DNA of 64,000 nt, from the NCBI GenBank assembly GCA_037443365.1, contig JBBIOM010000001.1, forward strand, positions 1,693 to 65,692, in the 5' to 3' direction. The position numbers and the translations under genes are program-made. Under the pieces are notes generated by a model. It saw nothing but the letters and a program-made list of their open reading frames with translations, made no database searches and had not been told where the DNA came from. This document shows positions 26,668-36,945 of this stretch, in pieces. Position 1 is the stretch's first letter; each line of letters starts with the position of its first letter. The DNA comes from Armatimonadota bacterium. Lineage in GTDB: Bacteria; Sysuimicrobiota; Sysuimicrobiia; Sysuimicrobiales; Humicultoraceae.

Positions 26668-27858
26668 TCACGCCACCCCCACTGCGCCGGCCGCCCGCCG
26701 GAACGCCTCGATGGCGCGATCCAGCTGCTCCCTGGTGTGCTCCGCGGTCACGATCGTGCGCACCCGCGCGCGCCCCCGCGGCACGGTCGGGAACACGATT
26801 CCCACGGCGAACACGCCCTCCTCGAACAAGCGGTCTGAGAGCCGGAGGGCCCGCTCCTCGTCGCCGACCATGATAGGCGTGATCGGGGTTTCGCTGGCCC
26901 CTGTGTCGAGGCCCAGCGCGCGCAGGCCCGCCTTGAAGTACCGGGTGTTGTCCCACAGCCGCTCGATCAGCCCAGGATCCTGCTGCACCAGCCGAACGGC
27001 GGCCAGGGCCGAGGCGGCAACCGACGGGGGATGCGAGGTCGAGAACAACAGGGGACGGGCCCTGTTCATGAGCAGGTCTGCGAGGGCCCGGCTGCCGGCC
27101 ACATAGCCGCCGAGCCCGGCGAACGCCTTGGAGAGCGTGCCCACCTGGACGTGCACCCTGCCGTGCAGCCCGAAGTGGTCCACCGTTCCGCGACCCTGCC
27201 GCCCCATCACGCCGCTGGCATGCGCGTCGTCCACCATCATGATGGCGCCGAACTCCTGGGCGGCCTCGACGAGCCCGGGCAGCGGCGCCACGTCACCGTC
27301 CATGCTGAACACGCCGTCGGTGATGAGGAGCACTCGGCGGGCGCCGCGACACTCGGCCAGAAGCCGGCGCGCGGCCTCAACGTCCGCGTGCGGAAAGATC
27401 TTCTTCTCGGCTCCGGAGAGCCGGCACCCGTCGATTATGCTGGCGTGGTTCAGCTCATCGCTGACCACCACATCCTCCCGGCCAAGGAGCGCGGCGACGG
27501 TGCCCGCGTTGGCCGTGAAGCCGGACTGGAAGAGCAAGGCGGCCTCGGTGTGCTTGAAGGCCGCCAGCTCGGCTTCCAGAAGTTGGTGGACCGCCATGTT
27601 GCCGGCGATAGTCCGCACGGCGCCCGATCCCACGCCCGTGGTGGCGATGGCCTCGAGCGCTGCCGCCTTCAGGGCAGGGTGGTTTGCCAGGCCCAGGTAG
27701 TTGTTGGAGGCCAGATTGACAAGCTCGCGCCCATCGTAGCGCGCCACCGCAGCCTGCGGGCCCTCCAGGAGCCGGGGCCAGCGCCAGAGCCCCTTGGCAC
27801 GAAGCTCCTGGAGCTCTTCGTCCACGAACGCAAGTGGATTGACCGGATCAGGAGTCAA
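26668..27858 (-). CDS. kbl: Glycine C-acetyltransferase (2-amino-3-ketobutyrate CoA ligase; AONS family)
   Basis: 'SNNYLGL', 'NHASIIDG', 'DGVFSMDG', 'DDAH' and 'GTLSKA'. Adjacent to tdh. Confidence 0.85.
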   Translation of the reverse strand: MTPDPVNPLAFVDEELQELRAKGLWRWPRLLEGPQAAVARYDGRELVNLASNNYLGLANHPALKAAALEAIATTGVGSGAVRTIAGNMAVHQLLEAELAAFKHTEAALLFQSGFTANAGTVAALLGREDVVVSDELNHASIIDGCRLSGAEKKIFPHADVEAARRLLAECRGARRVLLITDGVFSMDGDVAPLPGLVEAAQEFGAIMMVDDAHASGVMGRQGRGTVDHFGLHGRVHVQVGTLSKAFAGLGGYVAGSRALADLLMNRARPLLFSTSHPPSVAASALAAVRLVQQDPGLIERLWDNTRYFKAGLRALGLDTGASETPITPIMVGDEERALRLSDRLFEEGVFAVGIVFPTVPRGRARVRTIVTAEHTREQLDRAIEAFRRAAGAVGVA

Positions 27859-28882
27859 TGGTCAGTATCACCTTCCCTGCGCCCCCGGACTCGAGCCCGT
27901 GGAACGCCTCGCCGAATCGCTCCAAGGGAAGCCTGTGGGTAATGATGGGCCGGATGTCCAGCCCCCGCACGAGCATCGAGCTCATCTGCTCCCATGTCTG
28001 CCACATCAGCCGCCCGAAGATGCCCTGCAACCGCGCCTCCTTGAAGACCACCAGGTTGACCAGGTCCAGCTCCACCGGCGCGCCGGGCAGGCCGAGCAAT
28101 CCTACCCACCCTCCACCCCGGACCGCTTGCAGCGCGTCCCGGATCCCGGACGGGTGGCCGGACATCTCGAGGACCGCGTCAGCCCCGTCGCCGCCGGTCA
28201 TCTTGCGAACGCGCTCAGGCACACCGCCGCCGCGCGCATCTATCACGTGGTCGGCGCCCATTCTCCGGGCCAGTTCCAGGCGGCCATCCGCCACGTCGGA
28301 CGCTATGACCAGCGCTGCGCCGGCCATCTTGCAGACAGGGATCGCCATCAGCCCTATGGGGCCGCATCCGGTGACCAGGACGGCCCTGCCGTCCATCTCC
28401 GTCGCCATCGCCGTGTGCACAGCGTTGCCAAGCGGGTCCATGATCGCGGCCACGTCGGACGGGATGGCAGGATCGAGCCTCCAGGCGTTGCCCGCCGGGA
28501 GCACGACGTAGTCGGCGAACGCCCCATCGCGATCGATTCCTATGATCTCGAGCCTCTGACAGATGTGCGGCTGGCCTCCCAGACAGGGGCGGCAGCAACC
28601 GCAGGCCACGTGGCACTCGCCCGCCACACGATCGCCCACCCTGACGGCATCCACTCCATCGCCGACCTCCGCGACGACGCCGCAGAACTCGTGACCTATC
28701 ACGCGAGGGATGCGAACGCGCGACTGTGCCCAGGAGTCCCACCCGTAGATGTGCAGATCAGTCCCGCAGATGCCGGCGGCAGCGACCCGAATCAGAACCT
28801 CACCCGGGCCAGGGGCCGGGACCGGGACATCAACGAGCTCACACCCGGGTCCGGGTCTCGCCTTGATGATCGCTCGCATCAC
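27848..28882 (-). CDS. tdh: L-threonine 3-dehydrogenase
   Basis: 'GICGTDLHIYGWDSWA', GHEF, 'PLGNAVHT' and 'GCGPIG'. Confidence 0.93.
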   Translation of the reverse strand: MMRAIIKARPGPGCELVDVPVPAPGPGEVLIRVAAAGICGTDLHIYGWDSWAQSRVRIPRVIGHEFCGVVAEVGDGVDAVRVGDRVAGECHVACGCCRPCLGGQPHICQRLEIIGIDRDGAFADYVVLPAGNAWRLDPAIPSDVAAIMDPLGNAVHTAMATEMDGRAVLVTGCGPIGLMAIPVCKMAGAALVIASDVADGRLELARRMGADHVIDARGGGVPERVRKMTGGDGADAVLEMSGHPSGIRDALQAVRGGGWVGLLGLPGAPVELDLVNLVVFKEARLQGIFGRLMWQTWEQMSSMLVRGLDIRPIITHRLPLERFGEAFHGLESGGAGKVILTIDS

Positions 28883-28938
28883 CCAGAGGGTTCGACACGG
28901 TGCGCCCCGGAATCCTGTGCCGCGCGCAGGATGGGCGA

Positions 28939-29649
28939 CTAGCCGCCCAGGTAGGCCCGACGGACCTCCTCGTTGGCCTGAAGGTCAGCCGCCGAGCCCT
29001 GAAGCACAACCTCGCCGGTCTGGAGGACGTACCCGCGGTTGGCAACCGACAACGCCATGAAGGCGTTCTGCTCCACGAGCAGCATGGTGGTTCCCTGGGC
29101 GTTGATGTCCCGGATGGCATCGTAGATCAGGTCCACCAGCACCGGGGCCAGGCCCATGGACGGCTCATCCAGCAGCAGGACCCTGGGCTTGGTCATGAGC
29201 CCCCGCCCGATGGCAAGCATCTGCTGCTCGCCCCCAGAGAGGGTCCCTGCCACCTGGGAGCGGCGCTCGCGCAGGCGAGGGAACATTACGAACACCCTGT
29301 CGAGATCCTCCATGATACCGGCACGATCCGCGCGGGTAAACGCGCCCATCTCCAGGTTCTCGGTGACGGTGAGGCGGCCGAAGATCCTCCTGCCCTCGGG
29401 CACGTGAACGACGCCCTTGGCCACAATCTCGTGGGGGCGCGTGGCGCAGAGATCCTCGCCGGCCAGGGTCACGCGTCCGCGTAGCGGCCTCAGCAGCCCA
29501 CTTATGGTCTTGAGCGTCGTGCTCTTCCCGGCCCCGTTGGCACCGATGAGCGTGACGATCTCGCCGGGGTCCACGTTCAGGGAGATGCCACGGAGGGCGT
29601 GGATGTTCCCGTAGCTGACGTGCAGGTTCTCGATCTCAAGCAGCGCCAT
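28939..29649 (-). CDS. livF: Branched-chain amino acid ABC transporter ATP-binding protein
   Basis: GANGAGKST, 'VPEGRRIF', 'LSGGEQQML' and 'DEPSMGLAP'. Confidence 0.92.
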   Translation of the reverse strand: MALLEIENLHVSYGNIHALRGISLNVDPGEIVTLIGANGAGKSTTLKTISGLLRPLRGRVTLAGEDLCATRPHEIVAKGVVHVPEGRRIFGRLTVTENLEMGAFTRADRAGIMEDLDRVFVMFPRLRERRSQVAGTLSGGEQQMLAIGRGLMTKPRVLLLDEPSMGLAPVLVDLIYDAIRDINAQGTTMLLVEQNAFMALSVANRGYVLQTGEVVLQGSAADLQANEEVRRAYLGG

Positions 29650-29670
29650 GCCAGCCCCCGCCCGGTCGGA

Positions 29671-30456
29671 TCAATGAGTCGCGTACACGCCCGTGCCGCG
29701 CGTGCCCAGGTACGCCTCGATCACCCGCGGATCGTTCTGTACCTCCCGTGGTGTCCCCTCGGCGATCTTGGTGCCGTAGTCGAGCACGGTGACGAGCTCG
29801 GAGATGCCCATCACCACGCGCATCTGGTGCTCGATCAGCAGTATGGTTATCCCCCTCTCATCGCGGAGCCGCCGAATGAACGCCATCATCTCGATGGTCT
29901 CGCGCGGGTTCATCCCCGCCGTGGGCTCGTCCAGCAGCAGCAGGGCGGGGCGGCAGGCGAGCGCGCGGGCCACCTCGAGCCGCCGCTGATCGCCGTAGGG
30001 CAGGTTCTTGGCGAGCAGGTCGCCCTTTCCCCTAAGCCCGACGAAGTTAAGGAGATCCCGGGCCTGTGAGGTGGCCGACAGATCCTCGTGCCGCGTGCTC
30101 GCGGTGTTCAACACCGCGCCGATCCACGAGGAGCGCAGGTGGGAGTGCATCCCAACCAGGATGTTCTCCAGACTGGTCATGTTGGCGAAGAGCCGTATGT
30201 TCTGGTAGGTCCGGGCGATCCCCAACCGGGTGATGCGGTCCGGGGAGAGCCCGTCGATGGGGGCGCCCCTGAAGATCATCTCCCCCTCTTCCTGCCGGTA
30301 GAAGCCGGTGACGCAGTTGAAGTAGGTGGTCTTGCCGGCCCCGTTGGGGCCGATGATGCTGTGGATGGAATGCTCCCGCACCTCGAGGTCCAGCCGGTTC
30401 ACGGCTACCAGCCCGCCGAAGCGCTTCGTTAGGCCACGCGATATCAAGATGCTCAT
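29671..30456 (-). CDS. livG: Branched-chain amino acid ABC transporter ATP-binding protein
   Basis: 'FGGLVAV', GPNGAGKTT, 'LPYGDQRRLE' and 'DEPTAGMN'. Confidence 0.92.
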   Translation of the reverse strand: MSILISRGLTKRFGGLVAVNRLDLEVREHSIHSIIGPNGAGKTTYFNCVTGFYRQEEGEMIFRGAPIDGLSPDRITRLGIARTYQNIRLFANMTSLENILVGMHSHLRSSWIGAVLNTASTRHEDLSATSQARDLLNFVGLRGKGDLLAKNLPYGDQRRLEVARALACRPALLLLDEPTAGMNPRETIEMMAFIRRLRDERGITILLIEHQMRVVMGISELVTVLDYGTKIAEGTPREVQNDPRVIEAYLGTRGTGVYATH

Positions 30457-30457
30457 G

Positions 30458-32182
30458 CTACCCCCCGACTGGACGCTCGGGGCCAACCGGGGCCTCGACG
30501 GGACCCGCGTGACCTATCTCGTTGGCTGCGTGCAGCTCGCGCCGAAGCGCTGCGGCCGGCCACAATCCTTCGGGACGGAGCTGCATCATCAAGACGAGGG
30601 CCGCCCCGTACACCAGGAACCGGTACTCGGCGAACTCGCGCAGCAGCTCGGGCAGCCCAACGAGGAAGAGCGAGCCCACTATGACCCCCGGCATGCTTCC
30701 CATGCCCCCGACGATGATGAGCGCCAGCACATTGATCGAGATGAGCAGCTGGAAGCTGTGCGGAAAGATCGAGCCGACCATTACGGCGAAGATCGCCCCA
30801 CTCAGACCGCCAAAGGTAGCGCCCAGCGCGAAGGCCAGCAGCTTGACGTTCACCAGGTTGATCCCCATAGCCTCGGCCACGTCCTCGTCCTCGCGCACAG
30901 CCATCCACGCCCGCCCGAGACGCGAGTCGCGCAGCCGCATGGCCACAAAGATGACCAGGGCACAACTCGCAAGCGTCAGGTAGAAGAGCTGCTCCGGCCC
31001 CCGGAACTCGAACCCGCCGATCATCGGCTTGGGAATGGCCAGGATGCCCTGGGATCCTCCCAGCCACGGCCGCAGGAAGTCGGAGAGCACCAAGATCCGG
31101 ATGATCTCACCGAATCCCAGGGTGGCAATGGCCAGGTAGTCCCCGCGGATGCCGAGCACCGGCACACCCAGCAGCACCCCCGCGATCAGCGAGACGAGCA
31201 TCACAATGGGCACGGCCGACCAGAACGACATCTGCGCGATGCCGTGCTCGCCGATCGAGGTCAACAGGCCCACGGTGTAGGCGCCAATGGCGAAGAAGGC
31301 AACGTAGCCCAAGTCCAGCAGGCCGGCAAAGCCCACGACTATGTTGAGGCCCAACCCCAGCAGCGCGAACATCCCGACCAGCACGAACACCTGCGAGAGA
31401 AACGGCCCCGCGGCCACGGGCACCAAGAGGAGGACGGCCACGGCCGCGAGCAGCGAGACCACGCGCAGGGTGCGCTGACGCGAGGCCGGCAGCTGCCCGT
31501 GCCACTGGCGCACCGCGCTGCCCCGGCGCATCCATACGGTGCTGACGGCCCACACCAGCAGGAACACCAGTAGCGCGCCGCGGGCTGAGAGCCCCTCCCC
31601 GGAGAAGAACAGCTCGCGGATCGCGGTCTGGATCGCGCCCTCGTGCAGCATCGTCTGCAGCAGTTCCTGGAACAGGCCCACCCCCAGTGTCCACGCCAGG
31701 GCCGCGACCAGCGGCCTGCGGGCGCTGCCGGGCAGCAGCGCCGCCGCCGCGCCTACCGCTCCTGCCCCCGCGGCACCCGCAACGATCAACGGAATACCGG
31801 ACACCCCACGGCCGAATGACAGCAGGGCGAACATGCCGGGTGAGGCGCTGACGAACATGGCGCGCATGTTCACCGCGCTGCCCAGCGCCACCAGCGCGGC
31901 CACGGCCACGCCAACCATCGCCCCGGCCAGCGCGCCGCGCGCCAGAACCGCCACTGCGGAGCCGCCGGCCTGCCGCAGTGCGCCCTGATACCCGGCCGCA
32001 AGAACCGTCAGGACCGGCAGCGCGAGCCCTAGCGTGATCACACCCACGATGATCTCGCGCCCCGCGAAAATCTCGACCATGCCCACCAGGGCGACAAAGA
32101 CAGCCACCCCGCCCCAGATGAGCCCCTTCTGTGTGGCCTCGAGCCAGGGCCGTCGCTGCCTGCCGGCCAGCGCGCTCCCCAT
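30458..32182 (-). CDS. livM: Branched-chain amino acid ABC permease with long N-terminal membrane extension
   Basis: 'LGLNIVVGFAGLLDLGYVAFFAIGAY', 'GDYLAIATLGFGEI' and 'AVREDE'. Confidence 0.88.
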   Translation of the reverse strand: MGSALAGRQRRPWLEATQKGLIWGGVAVFVALVGMVEIFAGREIIVGVITLGLALPVLTVLAAGYQGALRQAGGSAVAVLARGALAGAMVGVAVAALVALGSAVNMRAMFVSASPGMFALLSFGRGVSGIPLIVAGAAGAGAVGAAAALLPGSARRPLVAALAWTLGVGLFQELLQTMLHEGAIQTAIRELFFSGEGLSARGALLVFLLVWAVSTVWMRRGSAVRQWHGQLPASRQRTLRVVSLLAAVAVLLLVPVAAGPFLSQVFVLVGMFALLGLGLNIVVGFAGLLDLGYVAFFAIGAYTVGLLTSIGEHGIAQMSFWSAVPIVMLVSLIAGVLLGVPVLGIRGDYLAIATLGFGEIIRILVLSDFLRPWLGGSQGILAIPKPMIGGFEFRGPEQLFYLTLASCALVIFVAMRLRDSRLGRAWMAVREDEDVAEAMGINLVNVKLLAFALGATFGGLSGAIFAVMVGSIFPHSFQLLISINVLALIIVGGMGSMPGVIVGSLFLVGLPELLREFAEYRFLVYGAALVLMMQLRPEGLWPAAALRRELHAANEIGHAGPVEAPVGPERPVGG

Positions 32183-32187
32183 CGCCC

Positions 32188-33249
32188 TCACGCCTTCTTC
32201 GCCATGAGGCGCTCGCCCAGGATCCCCGACGGCCGGAAGATCAATACCATGACCAGCATGGTGAAGGCGATCACGTCCTTGAGCTGGTAGGGAGCAACGA
32301 TGCCGAGCCCTTCCAGAAACAGAATCGGGCCTACCGATTCGAAGATGCCGAGGAACAGGCCCCCCAGCATCGCGCCCGGGATGTTCCCGATGCCGCCCAG
32401 CACCGCGGCGGTGAACGCCTTGATGCCCGGAACAAAGCCCATGAAGAAGTGCACCTGCTTGAAGACAATGGCGTACAGGAACCCGGCCGCGCCCGCCATT
32501 GAAGCCCCGACCGCGAAAGCGATCACGATCGAGCGGTCCACGTCTATGCCCATCAGCGCCGCCGCCTCCTTGTCCTCTGAGACGGCCCGCATCGCGGTCC
32601 CGGTCTTGGTGCGCATCACGAAGGCGTAGAGGCCGGCCATCATCAGCACCGCCGCCACCAGCACCACTGCCTGGGTCCGCAGGATGTTGACCCCTGCGAT
32701 GGCCCATGTCCCCTTGAGCACCTGGGTCTCGGGATAGGCCTGGAAGCCGGAGCCGAAGAAGCCGCGGAACGTGTACTGCAGGAAGAAGGACGCCCCGATA
32801 GCCGCGATGAGCGGCACCAGGCGTGGTGATTGCCGCAGGGGCCTGTAGGCGACGCGCTCGAGCAGTAGCGCGATCAGGGTTGAAGTGGCCATCGCCACGG
32901 CCAGGACCGCCAGGAGGCTCACGACAGGGTTGCGGTCGAGGTATCCGGATCGTCCGAAGGCCGCCGCTACGAAGTAGGCGGTGTACGCGCCGCTCATGAA
33001 GACCTCGCCGTGCGCGAAGTTGATCATCCGCAGGATTCCGTACACCATGGTGTAGCCCAGGGCGATCAAGGCATAGATGCTCCCTTGGGACATCCCAAAC
33101 ACCAGGAAGTCTATCCAGACCTCGCCCCCGTACCTCCGCGCAGCGACGGTGCCGATCGTACCCCAGATCACGACGGCCAGGACCACGATCCGAAAGGCCC
33201 ACAGATAGAGGTCTGTGACCGAGAGTCTCCAAGCCCAGCTACGCTGCAC
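32188..33249 (-). CDS. livH: Branched-chain amino acid ABC permease
   Basis: 'GSIYALIALGYTMVYGILRMINFAHGE' and 'KAFTAAVLGGIG'. Start is uncertain (33249 or 33270). Confidence 0.9.
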   Translation of the reverse strand: MQRSWAWRLSVTDLYLWAFRIVVLAVVIWGTIGTVAARRYGGEVWIDFLVFGMSQGSIYALIALGYTMVYGILRMINFAHGEVFMSGAYTAYFVAAAFGRSGYLDRNPVVSLLAVLAVAMATSTLIALLLERVAYRPLRQSPRLVPLIAAIGASFFLQYTFRGFFGSGFQAYPETQVLKGTWAIAGVNILRTQAVVLVAAVLMMAGLYAFVMRTKTGTAMRAVSEDKEAAALMGIDVDRSIVIAFAVGASMAGAAGFLYAIVFKQVHFFMGFVPGIKAFTAAVLGGIGNIPGAMLGGLFLGIFESVGPILFLEGLGIVAPYQLKDVIAFTMLVMVLIFRPSGILGERLMAKKA

Positions 33250-33270
33250 GCTAGCCTCCCCGCCTAACAA

Positions 33271-33306
33271 GGGGGATGAGCCGGTTCTCGTGCGGGCTCA
33301 TCCCCC
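33271..33306 (-). terminator. Intercistronic hairpin after livK (terminator or mRNA stabiliser)
   Basis: 12-bp stem GGGGGATGAGCC/GGCTCATCCCCC followed by TTGTT on the minus strand. Confidence 0.6.
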
Positions 33307-33341
33307 GGAATCGCGCGTCGGTTACCGGCGGCTTGTGTAGG

Positions 33342-34598
33342 CTACGGGTAGACCTTCTTCGGGTTCTTCCCCGGATCCCACTTCGCCGGATCCGCCGACA
33401 GGGTCTGGTAGATAGCGATCTTCGGATCCGCGCAGTCGCCGAACCTATCGCAGGTCAGGGTGCCGGTCAGGCCCTTGAAGTTCTTGGTCGCGAACAGGGC
33501 GTCGCGCAACGCCTTTCGCCCGATGTAGGTGTTGCCGGCCGCGTCCTTCTTGGCCACCTTCGTGATCGCGGCGAAGATCATGTTGGCGGCGTCGTAGGCG
33601 TGGGGGTGGAATGGCGCCAGCGGCTTCTCGCCGTACCTCTTCTGGTGCTTGTCCAGGAACACCTTGTAGGCCGGGCCCAGGGCTTCTGGCGACAGATCGG
33701 GGCTGGAATGGTACATCCCCACTGCCGCTTCCCCGGCCGCCTTCATAAAGTCAGGGGAGAACATCCCGTCGGCACCCATCAGCTTGGCGTTCGCCAGGCC
33801 CGAGACCTCCTTGACCTGGCGCGTGATGTGCCCGCCCGCGGCGATGAAAATGGGGTAGTAGATCATGTCGGGCCTGCCCGCCGCGATCTTGGTCAGCATG
33901 GGGCGCATGTCAGTGTCGGTGGGCGAGATCGCTTCCTGGGCGGTTACGGTGCCGCCGAGCTTCCTGAAGGTCTCGGTGAACACCCCCGCCAGCCCCTCCG
34001 CGTACGGGCTGCCGTCGTGGATCGTCGCGGCCTTCCTGAGCTTGAGGGACTTGTAGACGAACTCCGCGGCCACCCGGCCCTGCACCTTGTCGTTGTGGGC
34101 GGTGCGCAGGTACCCATCGTAGGTCGGCCCCCGGTCAGGAGCGGTCAGCTTGGGCGCGGTGTTCGATGGGGAAACGGTCACGATGCCAGCCTTCCAGAGA
34201 ATGGGAGCCCCTGGCACGGCCTCGCTGGAGCAGTTGGAGCCGACCGCGGCCACGATCGCCTTGTTGGCGGACAGTTTGGTCGCCGCGGTCACACCGCCCT
34301 CCGCGTTGCACCCGGTGTCCTCGCCGATCAACCTGATGGGATGGCCCAGGAGCTTGCCGCCCTTGTCGGCGATGGCGATCTCGACACCGCGCTTGGTGTC
34401 GGTACCCAGGCTGGCGTCCGGGCCGGCGACGACCATCCAGTAGGCGATGGTGAGAGGCGCACCCTTGGCGATCCTGACTACGCCGACCGGGTCCGTGACC
34501 GGACCGACCGTCGCCGCAGGAGCCGCCGGAACGAAGTACTGGCCTCCTGCCAGCATCAGGGCAAGAACGAGAGCAATCGGAATCCTGCTGCGCTTCAT
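33342..34598 (-). CDS. livK: Branched-chain amino acid ABC substrate-binding protein
   Basis: Signal peptide, 'EDTGC', 'SPSNTAPKLT', 'IHDGSPYAEGLA' and 'AYDAA'. Confidence 0.88.
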   Translation of the reverse strand: MKRSRIPIALVLALMLAGGQYFVPAAPAATVGPVTDPVGVVRIAKGAPLTIAYWMVVAGPDASLGTDTKRGVEIAIADKGGKLLGHPIRLIGEDTGCNAEGGVTAATKLSANKAIVAAVGSNCSSEAVPGAPILWKAGIVTVSPSNTAPKLTAPDRGPTYDGYLRTAHNDKVQGRVAAEFVYKSLKLRKAATIHDGSPYAEGLAGVFTETFRKLGGTVTAQEAISPTDTDMRPMLTKIAAGRPDMIYYPIFIAAGGHITRQVKEVSGLANAKLMGADGMFSPDFMKAAGEAAVGMYHSSPDLSPEALGPAYKVFLDKHQKRYGEKPLAPFHPHAYDAANMIFAAITKVAKKDAAGNTYIGRKALRDALFATKNFKGLTGTLTCDRFGDCADPKIAIYQTLSADPAKWDPGKNPKKVYP

Positions 34599-34692
34599 CC
34601 TCTGTCTCTCCCTCCCTGGACCTGGAATCCTCCGCGCCTGTTCGGGCGGAAGTATCTGACGGTTCGCCGCCGCCGGGCCGGGTTCCTCCCGG

Positions 34693-35607
34693 CTAGCCCC
34701 GGAGCAGGTTGCGCAGTATGAACATGAGGTTGGCCGGGCGTTCGGCCATGCGCCGCATCAGGTAAGGGTACCAGTGGGTCCCGAAGGGCACGTAGATCCT
34801 CACCCGATGACCCGCCCGGAGGAGCCCCGCCTGTAGATCCCGGCGGATGCCGTAGATCATCTGGAACTCGTAGCGCTCCCGCGGAATGCCTTCGGCCTCC
34901 ACCTGAGAGAGGGCGGCCTGGATCAGTCGCTCGTCGTGCGTGGCGATGGCATGACAGACGGGATCGCGCAGCAACCGCTGCTGGATGCGCAGGAAGCTCG
35001 CGTCCACGTCCCTCTTGCGCGGATAGGCGATCGTCGCCGGCTCGGCGTACGCGCCCTTGCAGATGCGGATGGGAACACCCGTCTCCAGCAGCCGCCCGAC
35101 GTCGTCCTCGCTTCGATAGAGATACGCCTGGATCACCGCCCCCAGGCCCGAATACCCCTCGGCCCGCAGTCGCGTAATGATCTCAAGGGTCCGGTCAACG
35201 TAGGGGGAGTGCTCCATGTCAACGCGGACGAACCGTCCGTCCACCCGGGCCGCGTCGAGCACCCGGCGCAGGTTATCCGCGGTCATGCCGGCGTCGAGAT
35301 CGAGCCCGAGCTGGGAGAGCTTGACCGAGATGTAGCAGTCCGCCCGACGACCGCGCAACCGGACCGCCGCCTCGGCGTAGGCGTCGGCCGCGACCCTGGC
35401 GTCGGCCGGCGAAGCGGTCTTCTCCCCCAGCAGGTTCAGGGAGAGGAGATACCCCTCCGCCGCCATCCGGTCCACGACCTCCAGCGCTTCGTCAAGGGTC
35501 TCACCGGCCACGAACCTCCGTGCGGCGCGGCGGGCCGTCCGTTGCCTCTGTGCGAATAGGCGCAGGCGGTCGTTCTCGGAGAGCGCAAGCATCACCTGGC
35601 GGAGCAT
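34693..35607 (-). CDS. Proline dehydrogenase (monofunctional)
   Basis: 'RFVAGE', 'SVKLSQLG', 'RVDME', 'CKGAY' and 'YLMRRMAERPAN'. Confidence 0.93.
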   Translation of the reverse strand: MLRQVMLALSENDRLRLFAQRQRTARRAARRFVAGETLDEALEVVDRMAAEGYLLSLNLLGEKTASPADARVAADAYAEAAVRLRGRRADCYISVKLSQLGLDLDAGMTADNLRRVLDAARVDGRFVRVDMEHSPYVDRTLEIITRLRAEGYSGLGAVIQAYLYRSEDDVGRLLETGVPIRICKGAYAEPATIAYPRKRDVDASFLRIQQRLLRDPVCHAIATHDERLIQAALSQVEAEGIPRERYEFQMIYGIRRDLQAGLLRAGHRVRIYVPFGTHWYPYLMRRMAERPANLMFILRNLLRG

Positions 35608-35620
35608 CGTCCATCCCCCT

Positions 35621-36892
35621 CTACGGGTAGATACCTCGGATCATCACGGCGTGCGCCACGCGTTCTATGGCCTTGATCAGGGCTGCGGTCCTGAAGTCCA
35701 CGCCCCGGCCGCCGGCCACCTGCTCCACGGCCTCGAAACTGCGGACCATGATCCTGTCGAGGTTTGCGTTCACCTCCTCCTCGGTCCAGAAGAACTGCTG
35801 CAGCCCCTGAACCCACTCGAAATACGAGACGATCACTCCGCCGGCACTCGCCAGGATGTCGGGAATCACGGGGATCCCGCGCTCCGCCAGCACGGCGTCC
35901 CCTCCAGGGGTGGTGGGACCGTTTGCGGCCTCCACGACCAATCGTGCCCCGATGCGCGCGGCGACCTCCGCGGTGATCTGCCCCTCTACGGCGGCCGGGA
36001 CCAGCACGTCGCAGGGTAGCTCGAGCAGATCGCGACTGCCGACCGCCTCCGCCCCAGGAAAGCCCGCCACGGTGCCCGCCTGCCGCTTGTGCTCCGCGAG
36101 GCCGGCATGGTCGAGCCCGGCGGGGTTGAACACGCCGCCCTGGGTATCGCTCACAGCGACTATCCGGCAGCCCTGCCGCGCCAGCAGCGCCGCCACGACC
36201 GACCCCACCTTCCCATACCCCTGGATGACAACCCTGGTGCCCTCGATGCTCATGCCGAGCCGGCGCGCGGCCTCGCGCGCGGCGATGGCTACCGACCGGC
36301 CGGGGGCATCGAGCCTGCCGAACGATCCGCCGATCGCGATCGGCTTGCCGGTCACCACCGCCGGGGTAGAGTAGCCCCGGTGCATGCTGTAGGTGTCCAT
36401 GATCCAGGCCATGACCTGCGGCGTGGTCCCCAGATCCGGCGCCGGTATGTCCCTCTCCGGACCCATGAGCAGGGATATCTCGGTGGCGTACCTGCGCGTA
36501 AGGTGCTCGAGTTCCAGCGCGGACAGGGTCTTGGGGTTGACCACCACGCCGCCCTTGGCGCCCCCAAACGGAAGCCCGACCAGGGCGCACTTCCAGGTCA
36601 TCAGCATCGCCAGCGCCCTCACCTGGTTGAGGGTGACGCCGGGGTCGTAGCGGATGCCGCCCTTGCTCGGCCCCAAGACCGTGCTGTGGTGCACGCGGTA
36701 GCCGGTGAAGATGTGCACCGATCCGTCGTCCATCTTCACCGGGAAGTTCACTGCCAGTTCGCGCTTGGGAAACGCCAGGAACTCCCTGACCCCCTTCTTC
36801 AAAGGCAAGTGGTCGGCGGCGCGGTCAAACTGTGCCAGCACCGCAGCCCATGGGTCTTCCTCCGGAAGCGCCACCGTGCCTTTCGTGTTCAT
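35621..36892 (-). CDS. gdhA: Glu/Leu/Phe/Val dehydrogenase (glutamate dehydrogenase)
   Basis: 'GPSKGGIRY', 'LPFGGAKGG', 'DIPAPD', 'EAANGP' and 'SYFEWVQ'. Confidence 0.9.
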   Translation of the reverse strand: MNTKGTVALPEEDPWAAVLAQFDRAADHLPLKKGVREFLAFPKRELAVNFPVKMDDGSVHIFTGYRVHHSTVLGPSKGGIRYDPGVTLNQVRALAMLMTWKCALVGLPFGGAKGGVVVNPKTLSALELEHLTRRYATEISLLMGPERDIPAPDLGTTPQVMAWIMDTYSMHRGYSTPAVVTGKPIAIGGSFGRLDAPGRSVAIAAREAARRLGMSIEGTRVVIQGYGKVGSVVAALLARQGCRIVAVSDTQGGVFNPAGLDHAGLAEHKRQAGTVAGFPGAEAVGSRDLLELPCDVLVPAAVEGQITAEVAARIGARLVVEAANGPTTPGGDAVLAERGIPVIPDILASAGGVIVSYFEWVQGLQQFFWTEEEVNANLDRIMVRSFEAVEQVAGGRGVDFRTAALIKAIERVAHAVMIRGIYP

Positions 36893-36945
36893 GTGCCTCC
36901 TCCTATTCTCCGCGCGCAAGGGACAGGCCGGCGGCCCGCCCATCC

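Noticed and set aside
30458-33232. Apparent 924-aa LivM, and similarly over-extended ORF calls for cmk, scpA, leuS, csaB and the GH-like gene
   Set aside because: The N-terminal parts are off-frame reads through upstream genes or the T-box. Starts were reassigned using motifs, RBS and stop/start overlaps.
35621-36892. GDH as a non-catalytic regulatory subunit (deviant 'APGRSV', 'GYGKVG')
   Set aside because: The substrate-binding and catalytic Lys motifs (KGGIR, TWK, GGAKGG) are intact, and there is no second gdh beside it.
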